51,659 bases of DNA from Homoserinimonas sp. (GCA_025464755.1 JAODMI010000115.1:1-51659), one strand, 5' to 3'. Positions 31,102 through 41,003 are shown, counted from the first letter of the stretch. Notes: a model not told the origin generated them from the letters alone. Program-made: numbers and translations.

Positions 31102-32652
31102 CTACTTGTCGGTGCCGTCTCGGGCGAGCAACCGCTCTTCGACGGCTCCTCCGTATCCCTCGCTTTGCGGATCGCCATGAAGGCCGCCGGACACGGCGTA
31201 CTCTTCTTCCGGCGACATCACCAGCCGGTGGCGTCCCCATACGGCGAAGGCCACGAGCATGACCGCGTAAACGGCGACGATGGCGATGATTGCTGGCTGG
31301 AACGTGGGGTTGAGCAGGAAGCCGAAGAAGATCATCGCGGACAGCAGCGCCGCGATGATGGCGCCGGGCAAGCCCCATGGGCTCACGTAGGGTCGATTCA
31401 CGTTCGGAAATTTCTTGCGCAGTATGACGAATGAAATCATCTGCAGTAGGTAGGCAAGGACGGCGCCCCAGACGGCGATGTTGAGAACGATCGCTCCGGC
31501 AACAGCTCCGGCTCCTTCTTCATCCAGGCTGCTGAGAACGTCAACGACGATCAGAGCTATGAAGCCGATAATTGCGCCGGCAAGGAGGGCTACCCACGGT
31601 GTCTGACGCTTACCGGTCAGGGAAAGAAACTTCGGGTAGTACCCCGCCCGTGACAGGGAATACATGTTGCGTCCGTAAGCGAACATGATGCCTTGAAGCG
31701 AGGCGAACAGGCCAACCAGGGCGAAGAGGGCCAGAACCGCAGCCAGGCTGTCGCCGACCATAGCGCGGAATCCGTCGAGTAGTGGTTCCTCGGAAACCCC
31801 GGTCGCTTCCGCTCCGATGATGCCGGTGTTGAAGAAGAGTACGAGAAGGCCGGTGACGATCAGCGTTCCGCGCGCCCACAGCCCCGCCCGCGGAATGTCG
31901 CGCACAGGGTTGTGCGCTTCCTCTGCGGCGAGTGGTAGCTCCTCGATGCCGAGGAAGAACCACATGGCGAAGGGAAGTGCGAAGAGGATGGGCAGGATGC
32001 CGTGGGGAAGGAATGCGCTTTGACCCGGATCCGGCACGATGTTGAACAAGTTGTCCCAAGAGAACAACCCGGAGAAGGCCGCCATAGCGGAGAACACGAG
32101 AAGGATTCCGATCGAAATGATGGATACCACGATGGCGAATTTGAACGAAATGTTGGCTCCGGCGGTGTTTAGCAAGATGAAGATCGCATACAGAATCGCC
32201 CACCATACCCATCCCGGCATTGAGAATCCGAGTAGCTCAGACGTGATGCCGTCGGCGTAGGACGCTGAGAAGTAGACGATCACGGCGGTCGTCGCCACGT
32301 ATTCGATTGTTTCGGCAAGTCCGGTGATGAATCCTCCCCACGGCCCCATTGCCGCTCGGGAAAAGGAGTAGGCGCCGCCGGTGTGCGGCATGGCGGAGGC
32401 CATCTCTCCAATGGAGAAAATCATGCCGTAGTACATGACCACCAAGAGGGCGAATGCGATGAGCATCCCACCGAAGCCGGCGAATTCGATTCCGAAGTTC
32501 CAGCCGGAGAAGTCACCGGATATCACCGCTCCAACGGCTAGGCCCCACAGCCCCCAGACTCCGGCGGCTCGTTTGAGCTTGCGTTTTTCGAAGTAGCCGT
32601 CGGCGGCGGTCGTATATTTCACGCCGGAGACTCGCAGAGTATCTTTGGTCAT
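31102..32652 (-). CDS. APC-superfamily amino acid/ethanolamine permease (Eat-like)
   Basis: About 516 aa, roughly 12 TM. The N-terminal GYFEKRKLKRAAGVWGLWGLAVGAVISGDFSGWNFG... matches my memory of ethanolamine permeases. ATG 32652 (MTKDTL) is preferred over the ORF-track start at 32709. Confidence 0.8.
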   Translation of the reverse strand: MTKDTLRVSGVKYTTAADGYFEKRKLKRAAGVWGLWGLAVGAVISGDFSGWNFGIEFAGFGGMLIAFALLVVMYYGMIFSIGEMASAMPHTGGAYSFSRAAMGPWGGFITGLAETIEYVATTAVIVYFSASYADGITSELLGFSMPGWVWWAILYAIFILLNTAGANISFKFAIVVSIISIGILLVFSAMAAFSGLFSWDNLFNIVPDPGQSAFLPHGILPILFALPFAMWFFLGIEELPLAAEEAHNPVRDIPRAGLWARGTLIVTGLLVLFFNTGIIGAEATGVSEEPLLDGFRAMVGDSLAAVLALFALVGLFASLQGIMFAYGRNMYSLSRAGYYPKFLSLTGKRQTPWVALLAGAIIGFIALIVVDVLSSLDEEGAGAVAGAIVLNIAVWGAVLAYLLQMISFVILRKKFPNVNRPYVSPWGLPGAIIAALLSAMIFFGFLLNPTFQPAIIAIVAVYAVMLVAFAVWGRHRLVMSPEEEYAVSGGLHGDPQSEGYGGAVEERLLARDGTDK

Positions 32653-32729
32653 CCCGATTTCCTTTGCGCTCGTGGCGGGCACACCGACTACGGTCGAAGT
32701 ACGCAGCACTGTGAGTATTTCTTGGCTTG

Positions 32730-32760
32730 ACTATAGGGGCGTATTGGTCGTGTGACTACC
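32730..32760 (-). promoter_or_regulatory. candidate promoter of the permease gene (-35 TAGTCA, 17-nt spacer, -10 TATAGT) overlapped by a GntR-type dyad GGTaGTcacACgACC
   Basis: Read on the minus strand: -10 at 32735-32730, -35 at 32758-32753, dyad at 32760-32746 (10 of 15 positions self-complementary, with a GT-N3-AC core as in FadR-type GntR operators). Pattern match only. Confidence 0.3.
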
Positions 32761-32863
32761 TTTGCCACAATTCCTTTGTCCTGCCCTCCACTCACTCTCA
32801 CCATTTCTTGTGGTGTAATGGTCTGAATATCGCCCATTGCAGGATCTCGATGAGGAGTAATGG

Positions 32864-34231
32864 ATGTCGGCTGGTGCAGGGAACCTAACCATTGACGATT
32901 TGGCAGCAGGAGTCGCTGACGGCGAGTTCGACACGGTCATCGTGGCATTCACCGACATGCAGGGGCGCCTGATAGGTAAACGTGTTGCGGCCCGATACTT
33001 CCTGGAAGATGTGAAAGAACACGGCGCTGACTGCTGCAACTATCTTCTCGCTGTGGACGTCGAAATGAATACGGTGGCCGGCTACTCAATGTCGAGTTGG
33101 GAGCGTGGCTACGGGGATATGGCCATGATGCCCGACCTGTCCACTCTCAGACGTGCTCCATGGCTGCCCGGCTCTGTCATTGTCACTGCCGACCTGCACT
33201 GGCTGAACCAGTCGCCCGTAGTACAGTCGCCGCGGCAGATCCTGTCCTCTCAGCTCGACAGGTTGCGCGAACATGGATGGGAATCTTTCGCCGCGACAGA
33301 GCTTGAATTTCTCGTGTTCGAAGACACGTTCCGGGAAGCGTGGGCGAAAGGCTACCGCCAGCTCACCCCCGCAAGTGACTACAACATCGACTACGCCCTC
33401 CTTGCTTCGACCCGCATGGAACCGCTGCTCCGCGATATCCGTAACGCGATGGACGGTGCCGGGATGTACTGCGAAGGGGTTAAGGGGGAATGCAATCTGG
33501 GGCAGCAGGAGATCGGGTTCCGATATGCCGACGCCCTCACCACGTGTGACAACCATTCGATCTACAAGAATGGTGCCAAAGAAATTGCGGATGCGCACGG
33601 TAAAAGTTTGACGTTCATGGCCAAGTTCAACGAGCGTGAGGGCAACAGCTGCCACATTCATATTTCCTTGCGGGGGGCAGATGGGAGCCCCGTATTCGCT
33701 GACGAGGGCGACGAGCTCGGCATGTCCCCAATGTTCCGTCACTTCATCGCAGGTCAGCTCGCTGCGATGCGTGAGCTGACTTTGTTCTTCGCGCCCAACA
33801 TCAACTCGTATAAGCGTTTCGTCGATGGGAGTTTCGCCCCCACGGCGGTTGCGTGGGGTCTCGATAATCGCACCTGTGCTCTGCGTGTTGTGGGGAGGGG
33901 TCATGCCATGCGAGTTGAAAATCGTGTTCCAGGCGGCGATGTGAACCAGTATCTGGCCGTTGCCGCGTTGATCGCAGCCGGTTTACACGGAATCGAGAAC
34001 AAGCTTGAGTTGGAGGAACCAGTTTCTGGTAACGCCTACACAGGAGCTGCGGCGCGGGTACCGACATCGCTTCGCGAGGCGGCAGAGCTTTTCGCCTCCT
34101 CAACTATTGCCCGGGAGGCCTTCGGCGATGAAGTCGTCGACCACTACCTGAATAATGCGCGGATCGAACTCGCCGCGTACGATGCAGCCGTGACTGACTG
34201 GGAGCGGGTGCGAGGCTTTGTACGACTCTGA
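32864..34231 (+). CDS. glutamine synthetase-family protein (gamma-glutamyl-amine synthetase, GlnA3/GlnA4/PuuA-like)
   Basis: 455 aa GS type I-like catalytic domain (GNSCHIHISL, NRTCALRV, ENRVPGGDVNQYL) in an operon with a C26 gamma-glutamyl hydrolase. Confidence 0.88.
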   Translation: MSAGAGNLTIDDLAAGVADGEFDTVIVAFTDMQGRLIGKRVAARYFLEDVKEHGADCCNYLLAVDVEMNTVAGYSMSSWERGYGDMAMMPDLSTLRRAPWLPGSVIVTADLHWLNQSPVVQSPRQILSSQLDRLREHGWESFAATELEFLVFEDTFREAWAKGYRQLTPASDYNIDYALLASTRMEPLLRDIRNAMDGAGMYCEGVKGECNLGQQEIGFRYADALTTCDNHSIYKNGAKEIADAHGKSLTFMAKFNEREGNSCHIHISLRGADGSPVFADEGDELGMSPMFRHFIAGQLAAMRELTLFFAPNINSYKRFVDGSFAPTAVAWGLDNRTCALRVVGRGHAMRVENRVPGGDVNQYLAVAALIAAGLHGIENKLELEEPVSGNAYTGAAARVPTSLREAAELFASSTIAREAFGDEVVDHYLNNARIELAAYDAAVTDWERVRGFVRL

Positions 34232-35036
34232 TCCGCCACGCAGCGATTCGCCTGTGATCGGCATCACCACCTACCTGGAGCAGGCTCAATCAGGGATTTG
34301 GGATGTGCGAGCTGCATTCTTGCCCAAGGTCTATATCGATGGGGTAACCGCAGCGGGTGGAATTGCCGTTCTTTTGCCCCCGCAGCCAACAACGCCAGCT
34401 TCGGCGCGGCGAGTTCTGGCTAGCGTGGATGGGCTCATTATTTCGGGTGGTTCCGATATAGATCCTGCGCGTTACGGGCAGGACGCGCACCCCCGCACGG
34501 GTGCTCCACGCACGGACCGGGATGAGTGGGAAGATGCCCTGTTAACGGCGGCCATTGACGCTGATCTGCCTTTCCTCGGCATCTGCCGGGGGGCTCAGAT
34601 GCTCAACGTGGCTCTCGGAGGTACACTCATCCAACACCTCCCAGATGTGGTCGGATCCGACCACTATCAGCCGGCTCCTGGTGTCTTCGGCCCGATGGAT
34701 GTGACGGTGGACCGCGGGTCGAGACTTGCCGAGTTGCTGCAACAGGGTGACGAACCGTTAACCGTGCACGTGTATCACCACCAAGCGCTTGACCGCGTGG
34801 CTGACGGTCTCGTTGTGACAGCACGTTCTGCGGACGGGGTCATTCAGGGAGTCGAACTGACTGGCCGTTCCTTCGGTCTCGGCGTGCAGTGGCATCCGGA
34901 GCAGAACACCGAAGACCGCCGACTGTTTGCCGGGGTCGTTGACGCTGCCAGCGCCTATCGAGACGGCAAACGCAGCGCAAAAAAGAGTGGCACCACAACC
35001 GTCGGTGGCACCGAAACGATCCGGAGCAACGCATGA
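34218..35036 (+). CDS. gamma-glutamyl-gamma-aminobutyrate hydrolase family protein (peptidase C26, class-I glutamine amidotransferase fold, PuuD-like)
   Basis: Nucleophile elbow GICRGAQMLNVALGG and C-terminal HH/E region (VYHHQAL ... VQWHPE). Confidence 0.85.
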   Translation: MYDSDPPRSDSPVIGITTYLEQAQSGIWDVRAAFLPKVYIDGVTAAGGIAVLLPPQPTTPASARRVLASVDGLIISGGSDIDPARYGQDAHPRTGAPRTDRDEWEDALLTAAIDADLPFLGICRGAQMLNVALGGTLIQHLPDVVGSDHYQPAPGVFGPMDVTVDRGSRLAELLQQGDEPLTVHVYHHQALDRVADGLVVTARSADGVIQGVELTGRSFGLGVQWHPEQNTEDRRLFAGVVDAASAYRDGKRSAKKSGTTTVGGTETIRSNA

Positions 35037-36388
35037 GTTACACAGTCATCAACCCGGCAGACGAGACCATCGTTGAGACTGTCGACCATTTGAGTGTTGC
35101 CGAGACAGATGAAGCCATCCACCGTGCCTCCATGGCGCAACGCAACTGGGCAAACGTTTCACCGGCTGACAAAGCCGCCGCATTGCGCCGCTTTGCCGCG
35201 GCTGTCGACGGCGACATTGAGAACCTGGCGCAAATCGAAGTGCGAAACTCCGGGCATCCCATCTCGCAGGCACGGTGGGAGGCCGGACATGTGCGTGATG
35301 TTCTCGAGTATTACGGTGCAGCTCCGGAGCGGATGTTCGGTAAGCAGATTCCCGTTTCCGGGGGCATTGATGTGACGTTCAACGAGCCTCTCGGGGTAGT
35401 TGGCATCATCACCCCGTGGAATTTCCCGATGACGATTGCAGCGTGGGGCTTTGCGCCAGCGCTGGCGGCGGGGAACGCTGTCGTACTGAAACCGGCCGAA
35501 TGGACTCCACTTAGCAGCATGCGGCTTGCGGAGCTAGCTCGTGCGTCGGGGCTGCCTGACGGCCTTTTCCAGGTGCTCCCTGGTAGAGGATCCGTTGTTG
35601 GCGAGAGGTTCGTCACGAACCCGACCGTAAGGAAAGTGGTTTTCACCGGCTCCACAGCGGTTGGTAAGCGAATCATGGCGGGCTGCGCCGACCAGGTTAA
35701 ACGTGTCACTCTCGAACTCGGCGGCAAAAGCGCCAATATCGTTTTTGCGGACGCGGACCTCGAAAAAGCAGCAGCCACCGCTCCGTACGGAGTGTTCGAG
35801 AATGCTGGACAGGATTGTTGTGCACGCAGCCGCATCCTTGTCGAAAGGAGCGCGTACGAGCGCTTCATGGAACTGCTGGAACCGGCTGTCAAGGGTGTGC
35901 GGGTTGGTGACCCGGCGCTGGAGTCGACCGAGATGGGCCCGCTGGTCTCCCGGCAACACCACGACTCGGTGAGCGGGTACCTGCCAGATGGTGTCCCCAT
36001 TGCGTTTCAGGGGAGTGCCCCGACTGGCCCAGGGTTCTGGTTTGCACCCACTGTTTTGACTCCCGAGCGTGGCGACCGAACCGTTCGCGAAGAGATTTTC
36101 GGGCCAGTGGTGACCGTGCTTCCTTTTGACGGCGAAGCTGACGCGCTCACTCTGGCCAACGACACGGAGTACGGGCTTTCCGGTTCTATCTGGACGCGGG
36201 ATGTCGGCCGGGCCATCCGCGTCGCGCGTGGTGTCGAGGCCGGTAACCTTTCGGTCAATTCGCACTCATCCGTTCGCTACAGCACACCTTTTGGCGGATT
36301 TAAGCAGTCCGGGTTGGGGCGGGAATTGGGTCCGGATGCCCCGCTCCACTTCACTGAAACCAAAAACGTTTTTATTGCCGTTGACTAA
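35033..36388 (+). CDS. NAD(P)-dependent aldehyde dehydrogenase
   Basis: ALDH motifs ELGGKSA and the catalytic Cys region GQDCCARSRILV. ATGA overlap with the upstream gene. Confidence 0.9.
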   Translation: MSYTVINPADETIVETVDHLSVAETDEAIHRASMAQRNWANVSPADKAAALRRFAAAVDGDIENLAQIEVRNSGHPISQARWEAGHVRDVLEYYGAAPERMFGKQIPVSGGIDVTFNEPLGVVGIITPWNFPMTIAAWGFAPALAAGNAVVLKPAEWTPLSSMRLAELARASGLPDGLFQVLPGRGSVVGERFVTNPTVRKVVFTGSTAVGKRIMAGCADQVKRVTLELGGKSANIVFADADLEKAAATAPYGVFENAGQDCCARSRILVERSAYERFMELLEPAVKGVRVGDPALESTEMGPLVSRQHHDSVSGYLPDGVPIAFQGSAPTGPGFWFAPTVLTPERGDRTVREEIFGPVVTVLPFDGEADALTLANDTEYGLSGSIWTRDVGRAIRVARGVEAGNLSVNSHSSVRYSTPFGGFKQSGLGRELGPDAPLHFTETKNVFIAVD

Positions 36389-36396
36389 GGAGAGTC

Positions 36397-37188
36397 ATGA
36401 CCAACATTCAGAAACTTGATCTGACCCAGCGGCTGGCTGGGCGTGTCGCGGTTGTTACGGGTGGTGCGAGCGGAATCGGGCTGGCAACGGCGCAGCGTTT
36501 CGCAGCGGAAGGCGCGGTCGTCGTCATCGGCGACATGGATGAGGTTGCGGGCGCTCGAGCCGCTGAGCAAGTCGGTGGAATGTTCATAAAGGTGAATGTT
36601 GCCGACGAAGGGGAGGTGGACAACCTTTTCGACACCGCGCAGACGACCTATGGTTCGGTGGATATCGCCTTCAACAACGCGGGGATCTCTCCGGCGGATG
36701 ACGACTCGATCGAAACGACGGAGCTTCCTGCCTGGCAGAAGGTGCAAGACGTCAACCTGAAGTCTGTGTACTTGTGCTCGCGGGCCGCCCTTCGACACAT
36801 GGTGAAACAGGGAAAAGGGTCCATCATCAATACGGCGTCGTTCGTGGCTGTGCTCGGATCTGCAACGTCGCAGATTTCCTATACGGCATCCAAGGGCGGT
36901 GTCTTGGCGATGAGCAGGGAATTGGGTGTGCAGTTCGCTCGTCAGGGGATCCGTGTCAACGCACTGTGCCCCGGACCGGTCAACACGCCACTGCTGCAGG
37001 AACTTTTCGCGAAAGACCCTGAGCGGGCGCAGCGCCGACTGGTTCATATTCCGGTAGGTCGTTTCGCGGAGCCGGAGGAGTTGGCCGCTGCCGTTGCTTT
37101 TCTTGCCAGCGATGACTCGTCGTTCATCACCGGGTCAACTTTTTTGGTTGATGGCGGTATCAGCTCGGCGTACGTCACGCCGGTGTAG
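36397..37188 (+). CDS. SDR-family oxidoreductase (3-oxoacyl-ACP reductase-like)
   Basis: TGGASGIG cofactor motif, NNAG, and catalytic YTASKGG (YxxxK). Confidence 0.9.
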   Translation: MTNIQKLDLTQRLAGRVAVVTGGASGIGLATAQRFAAEGAVVVIGDMDEVAGARAAEQVGGMFIKVNVADEGEVDNLFDTAQTTYGSVDIAFNNAGISPADDDSIETTELPAWQKVQDVNLKSVYLCSRAALRHMVKQGKGSIINTASFVAVLGSATSQISYTASKGGVLAMSRELGVQFARQGIRVNALCPGPVNTPLLQELFAKDPERAQRRLVHIPVGRFAEPEELAAAVAFLASDDSSFITGSTFLVDGGISSAYVTPV

Positions 37189-37201
37189 CAGCGCACATTC
37201 T

Positions 37202-37987
37202 ATGATCGAGTTGATAACAATGACCGAGGAGCCTGACGCCGCGTCAACGCCACCGCGCGTCGGTGTCGAATTTCTGCTTCTGCGTCAGGGCAGAGTGGTC
37301 AACGCCTTTGAAGAGACCGTGCAGCGGCTGCTGCAGTCTGTGCGGCTCGGCTTGGTCGGCCCGGGTGAGCGACTACCGGCCGAGCGTGAACTGGCCGGAA
37401 TGCTGGGGGTCAGCCGCGATACTCTTCGAGACGCAATCGGTGCCCTAACGGAAGCCGGTTATCTCGTATCTCGACGCGGCCGATACGGGGGAACTTTCGT
37501 CGTTGACCAGTTGCCGAAGGACAACCCGGCCATCGATGGCGCGGGAGGGGTCGCCCCACGCCGAACCATTCCCCGTGACGAAATCGAAGACATACTACGT
37601 TTGCGCAATATTCTCGAGGTCGGAGCGGCTCGGCAGGCTGCGATCAGTGAACTTTCCGGGCAGGACCGAGAGCGGCTTTGGCAAGCGCTTCTGGACACAA
37701 ACGCGGCCACAGCAGACAGCTATCGGCGACAAGATTCCCGACTACATCTTCTGGTGGCTGAACTCGCCGGTACGCGCAGCTTGGTGCCCCTCATAGCGGA
37801 CCTGCGCATGCGGGTGAACGACCTTTTGGATGGGATTCCTTTGCTGGCGCCGAACATCGTGCACTCAGATAAACAGCATGAGGCCATCGTGATGGCCATT
37901 CTTCAGGGAAGCCCTGATGAAGCTGCGCGCGCAATGGAGGAACATATCGCCGGATCAGCGTCGCTCTTGCGCGGATTTCTGGCATAG
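37202..37987 (+). CDS. GntR-family (FadR/FCD subfamily) transcriptional regulator
   Basis: wHTH region LPAERELAGMLGVSRDTLRDAIGALTEAGYLVSRRGRYGGTFV plus an all-helical FCD-like C-terminal domain. ATG 37202 is the first start after the SDR stop (alternative 37220). Confidence 0.85.
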   Translation: MIELITMTEEPDAASTPPRVGVEFLLLRQGRVVNAFEETVQRLLQSVRLGLVGPGERLPAERELAGMLGVSRDTLRDAIGALTEAGYLVSRRGRYGGTFVVDQLPKDNPAIDGAGGVAPRRTIPRDEIEDILRLRNILEVGAARQAAISELSGQDRERLWQALLDTNAATADSYRRQDSRLHLLVAELAGTRSLVPLIADLRMRVNDLLDGIPLLAPNIVHSDKQHEAIVMAILQGSPDEAARAMEEHIAGSASLLRGFLA

Positions 37988-37991
37988 TGCT

Positions 37992-38495
37992 TCAGTGGTC
38001 GACGAGCGGTTCTGTAATGTCGGCAACTGTGGCTCCCAGTGTGGCAAGGAGCGCGTCGGCATCAACAAAAGCGCTGTACCCGGGGTCTCCTGCGCCGAGT
38101 GAGACGCGCTTGCCGGTCATGTGCGAGTCGGCATAGACCGGCCAAGGTGTCGTACTGCCAAGCGGCGTGATCGCACCACGGGGATATCCGGTCGCCGCCA
38201 GCGCGACCGACGCGTCGGGCAACGACAACTTGTTCACGCCGACGATGTCGCGAAGCTTCGGCCAAGAAATTTGCCGATCGCCGGGGATAAGGGCAAAGAG
38301 GAAGGTGCCGTCCTTGTGTTTCACGACGAGAGTTTTTACGATGTCGGCCGGGGCGATTCCGAGCAGTTCGGCAGCGTGCTTCAGGTTGGTCGCATCCATC
38401 CGCTCGGCGAAATCAATGTGCAGGCCGCGGGCCAAAGCATCCGCCGCAACCCGCACTCTCCCCTCTAAACCAGGCATACCGGTTGGCTTCGTCAT
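37992..38495 (-). CDS. YbaK/EbsC-type aminoacyl-tRNA editing (deacylase) domain protein
   Basis: 167 aa. TLVVKHKDGTFLFALIPGDRQISWPKLRDIVG...ATGYPRGAITPLG is typical of the YbaK/ProX trans-editing family. Confidence 0.78.
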   Translation of the reverse strand: MTKPTGMPGLEGRVRVAADALARGLHIDFAERMDATNLKHAAELLGIAPADIVKTLVVKHKDGTFLFALIPGDRQISWPKLRDIVGVNKLSLPDASVALAATGYPRGAITPLGSTTPWPVYADSHMTGKRVSLGAGDPGYSAFVDADALLATLGATVADITEPLVDH

Positions 38496-38526
38496 GATGT
38501 GCCGCGCTTTCTGGGAGAATCAAGGG

Positions 38527-39705
38527 GTGACTGTTACCGACGCTACCGCTGTCGAGCACGATTTGCTCCGCGCTCCGCGGTTGAATATCGGGCCGATCGA
38601 GCTCGACGTTCCGGTCGTTCTTGCGCCCATGGCGGGTATCACCAACACGGCCTTCCGCCGCCTATGCCGCGAGTTCGGCGCCGGGCTGTATGTCAGCGAA
38701 ATGATTACCAGCCGCGCACTTGTTGAACGCACACCAGCATCGATGCGTCTTATCCAGCATCACGAATCTGAGACGCCTCGAAGCATCCAGCTGTATGGAG
38801 TGGATCCGAAGACAGTCTCTGAAGCCGTCACCATGCTTGTTGCCGAGGATCGCGCCGACCATATCGACCTGAACTTCGGATGCCCGGTACCGAAGGTCAC
38901 CCGCAAGGGCGGGGGAGCGGCCCTCCCCTGGAAGTTGCAGCACTTTCGCAACATTGTCGAGGGGGCCGTGAAGGCTGCAGGTGATATCCCTCTCACCATC
39001 AAAATGCGCAAAGGCATCGACTCCGACCATCTCACGTACCTCGAAGCGGGGCGCGCGGCGGAAGGTGCAGGCGTGGCGAGTATCGCCCTGCATGCACGCA
39101 CCGCAGCCGAGTTCTACAGCGGCACAGCGGACTGGTCAGCAATCGCCGCGTTGAAGAACGCGATCTCAAGTGTGCCGGTTCTTGGGAACGGCGATATTTG
39201 GTCCGGTGCGGATGCCATCAGGATGGTAAACGAGACAGGATGTGACGGGGTCGTTGTCGGGCGCGGATGCCTGGGGCGTCCGTGGCTCTTCGGTGACCTC
39301 GTTGCCGCTTTCCGCGGACAGACCGAGATCGCCCAGCCGTCGCTGGGTACTGTTGCGGCAACATTGCGACGGCACACCGAGCTCTTAGTCGAGTTTTTCG
39401 GTAGCGAAGAGCGCGCCTGCCGCGACATCCGCAAACACATCACCTGGTACTTCAAGGGTTACCCGGTTGGAGGCGACGTGCGGGCCAGTCTCGGCATGGT
39501 TGAAAGCCTCCAGCAGATGGATGACCTACTGGGAACGTTGGATTGGGGAATGCCTTATCCGGGTGAGGACGCGGAAGGTCCACGTGGTCGGGCCGGCACG
39601 CCTAAGCGACCAGCGCTTCCCGACCGCTGGCTTGACAGTCAAACCATGGACGAGGCGGCAAGCTGTGAACTTGCGGGAGCAGAGCTGAGCCACAGTGGCG
39701 GCTGA
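38527..39705 (+). CDS. dus: tRNA-dihydrouridine synthase
   Basis: LAPMAGITNTAFR and DLNFGCPVPKV motifs with a TIM-barrel FMN fold. GTG 38527 follows GGGAGA. An alternative ATG at 38494 would overlap the divergent ybaK-like start codon. Confidence 0.9.
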   Translation: MTVTDATAVEHDLLRAPRLNIGPIELDVPVVLAPMAGITNTAFRRLCREFGAGLYVSEMITSRALVERTPASMRLIQHHESETPRSIQLYGVDPKTVSEAVTMLVAEDRADHIDLNFGCPVPKVTRKGGGAALPWKLQHFRNIVEGAVKAAGDIPLTIKMRKGIDSDHLTYLEAGRAAEGAGVASIALHARTAAEFYSGTADWSAIAALKNAISSVPVLGNGDIWSGADAIRMVNETGCDGVVVGRGCLGRPWLFGDLVAAFRGQTEIAQPSLGTVAATLRRHTELLVEFFGSEERACRDIRKHITWYFKGYPVGGDVRASLGMVESLQQMDDLLGTLDWGMPYPGEDAEGPRGRAGTPKRPALPDRWLDSQTMDEAASCELAGAELSHSGG

Positions 39706-40951
39706 TGGTGATGCGGCCTACGGCGAACATGACACAGCCCGCTTCCTTCCCGAAGAGCACTACAGTCGCCGCAGCGATTTTGCGCGCGACCGTGCCCGGC
39801 TGTTGCACTCAAGCGCTCTGCGCAGGCTTGCGGCGAAAACGCAGGTGCTCAGCCCAACCCAGGGACTCGACTTTGCTCGCAACCGTTTGACCCACTCGCT
39901 TGAGGTAGCCCAGGTCGGCCGTGAACTGGCCACCAGCCTGGGGCTCGACCCCGACATTGTGGACACCGCCTGTCTCGCCCACGACCTCGGGCATCCGCCG
40001 TTTGGACACAACGGTGAGAAGGCGCTGAACGGGTGGGCCAGCGGTATAGGTGGGTTTGAAGGTAATGCGCAAACTTTGCGCCTGTTGACCCGCATTGAGC
40101 CTAAAGTTTTCGGTGATGAGGGGACGTCGTACGGACTGAACTTAACGCGCGCCAGCCTGGATGCCAGCTGCAAGTACCCCTGGCCAGACACCAGGTCGGT
40201 GGAGGACCCCAGCGGGCGTGCGAAATTTGGCTTCTACCGCGACGACATCGCAGCATTTGAATGGTTGCGCCAAGGGGCGCCCGATGGTCGGCTGTGCGTG
40301 GAGGCTCAAGTCATGGACCTCTCCGACGATATTGCTTACTCGGTACATGATTTCGAGGACGCAATTTTCAGTGGTTACGTGGATGTGGCTGCGCTGGGGG
40401 CGCGGGTCAATCATGAGGAACTTGTGGATTCGATGTTCGCCTGGATCGGCGGTGAGCACGACCATGCTGAGTTGGTTGCCGCATTCGATCGTCTTGACAG
40501 TCTCGACGTGTGGATTGACCGGTGGGATGGTAGCCGTGCGTCACAGGGGCAGCTGAAGAACTTGACAAGCCAACTGATCGGACGCTTTGCCGGCGCCGCG
40601 GTGCAAGCGACTCGCGAGGCGAACGGGGATGGAATTCTCAGTCGTTTTCGGGCAGATATCGTCGTGCCGAGGGATATTCAGGCGGAGATCGCTGTGCTTA
40701 AAGGGATCGTGGCAGCATTTGTCATGTCGAAGAATACGCGACAGCCCATATACACCCAGCAGCGTGAGATTTTGGTGGAACTTGCGGACGCGCTTGTCGC
40801 TCACGGGCCGGACGAGCTGGACCCCGGATTCGCGGCTGACTGGCACGCCGCCTCTAACGACGCTGAGCGTAAGCGGGCAGTCGTCGATCAGGTGGCTAGC
40901 CTTACCGACCAGTCGGCGATGAGCTGGCATGAGAGGCTCGCGCGCTTTTAA
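39695..40951 (+). CDS. dgt: deoxyguanosinetriphosphate triphosphohydrolase-like protein (HD domain)
   Basis: HD-domain motifs RLTHSLEVAQVG and AHDLGHPPFGH. GTG start overlaps the end of dus. It lies upstream of dnaG, as in many actinobacteria. Confidence 0.9.
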   Translation: MAADGDAAYGEHDTARFLPEEHYSRRSDFARDRARLLHSSALRRLAAKTQVLSPTQGLDFARNRLTHSLEVAQVGRELATSLGLDPDIVDTACLAHDLGHPPFGHNGEKALNGWASGIGGFEGNAQTLRLLTRIEPKVFGDEGTSYGLNLTRASLDASCKYPWPDTRSVEDPSGRAKFGFYRDDIAAFEWLRQGAPDGRLCVEAQVMDLSDDIAYSVHDFEDAIFSGYVDVAALGARVNHEELVDSMFAWIGGEHDHAELVAAFDRLDSLDVWIDRWDGSRASQGQLKNLTSQLIGRFAGAAVQATREANGDGILSRFRADIVVPRDIQAEIAVLKGIVAAFVMSKNTRQPIYTQQREILVELADALVAHGPDELDPGFAADWHAASNDAERKRAVVDQVASLTDQSAMSWHERLARF

Positions 40952-41003
40952 GAGCACCTGCTACAGCGTGAGGCCTGTCGTCATCCCGCGCCCGAGCATT
41001 TCG

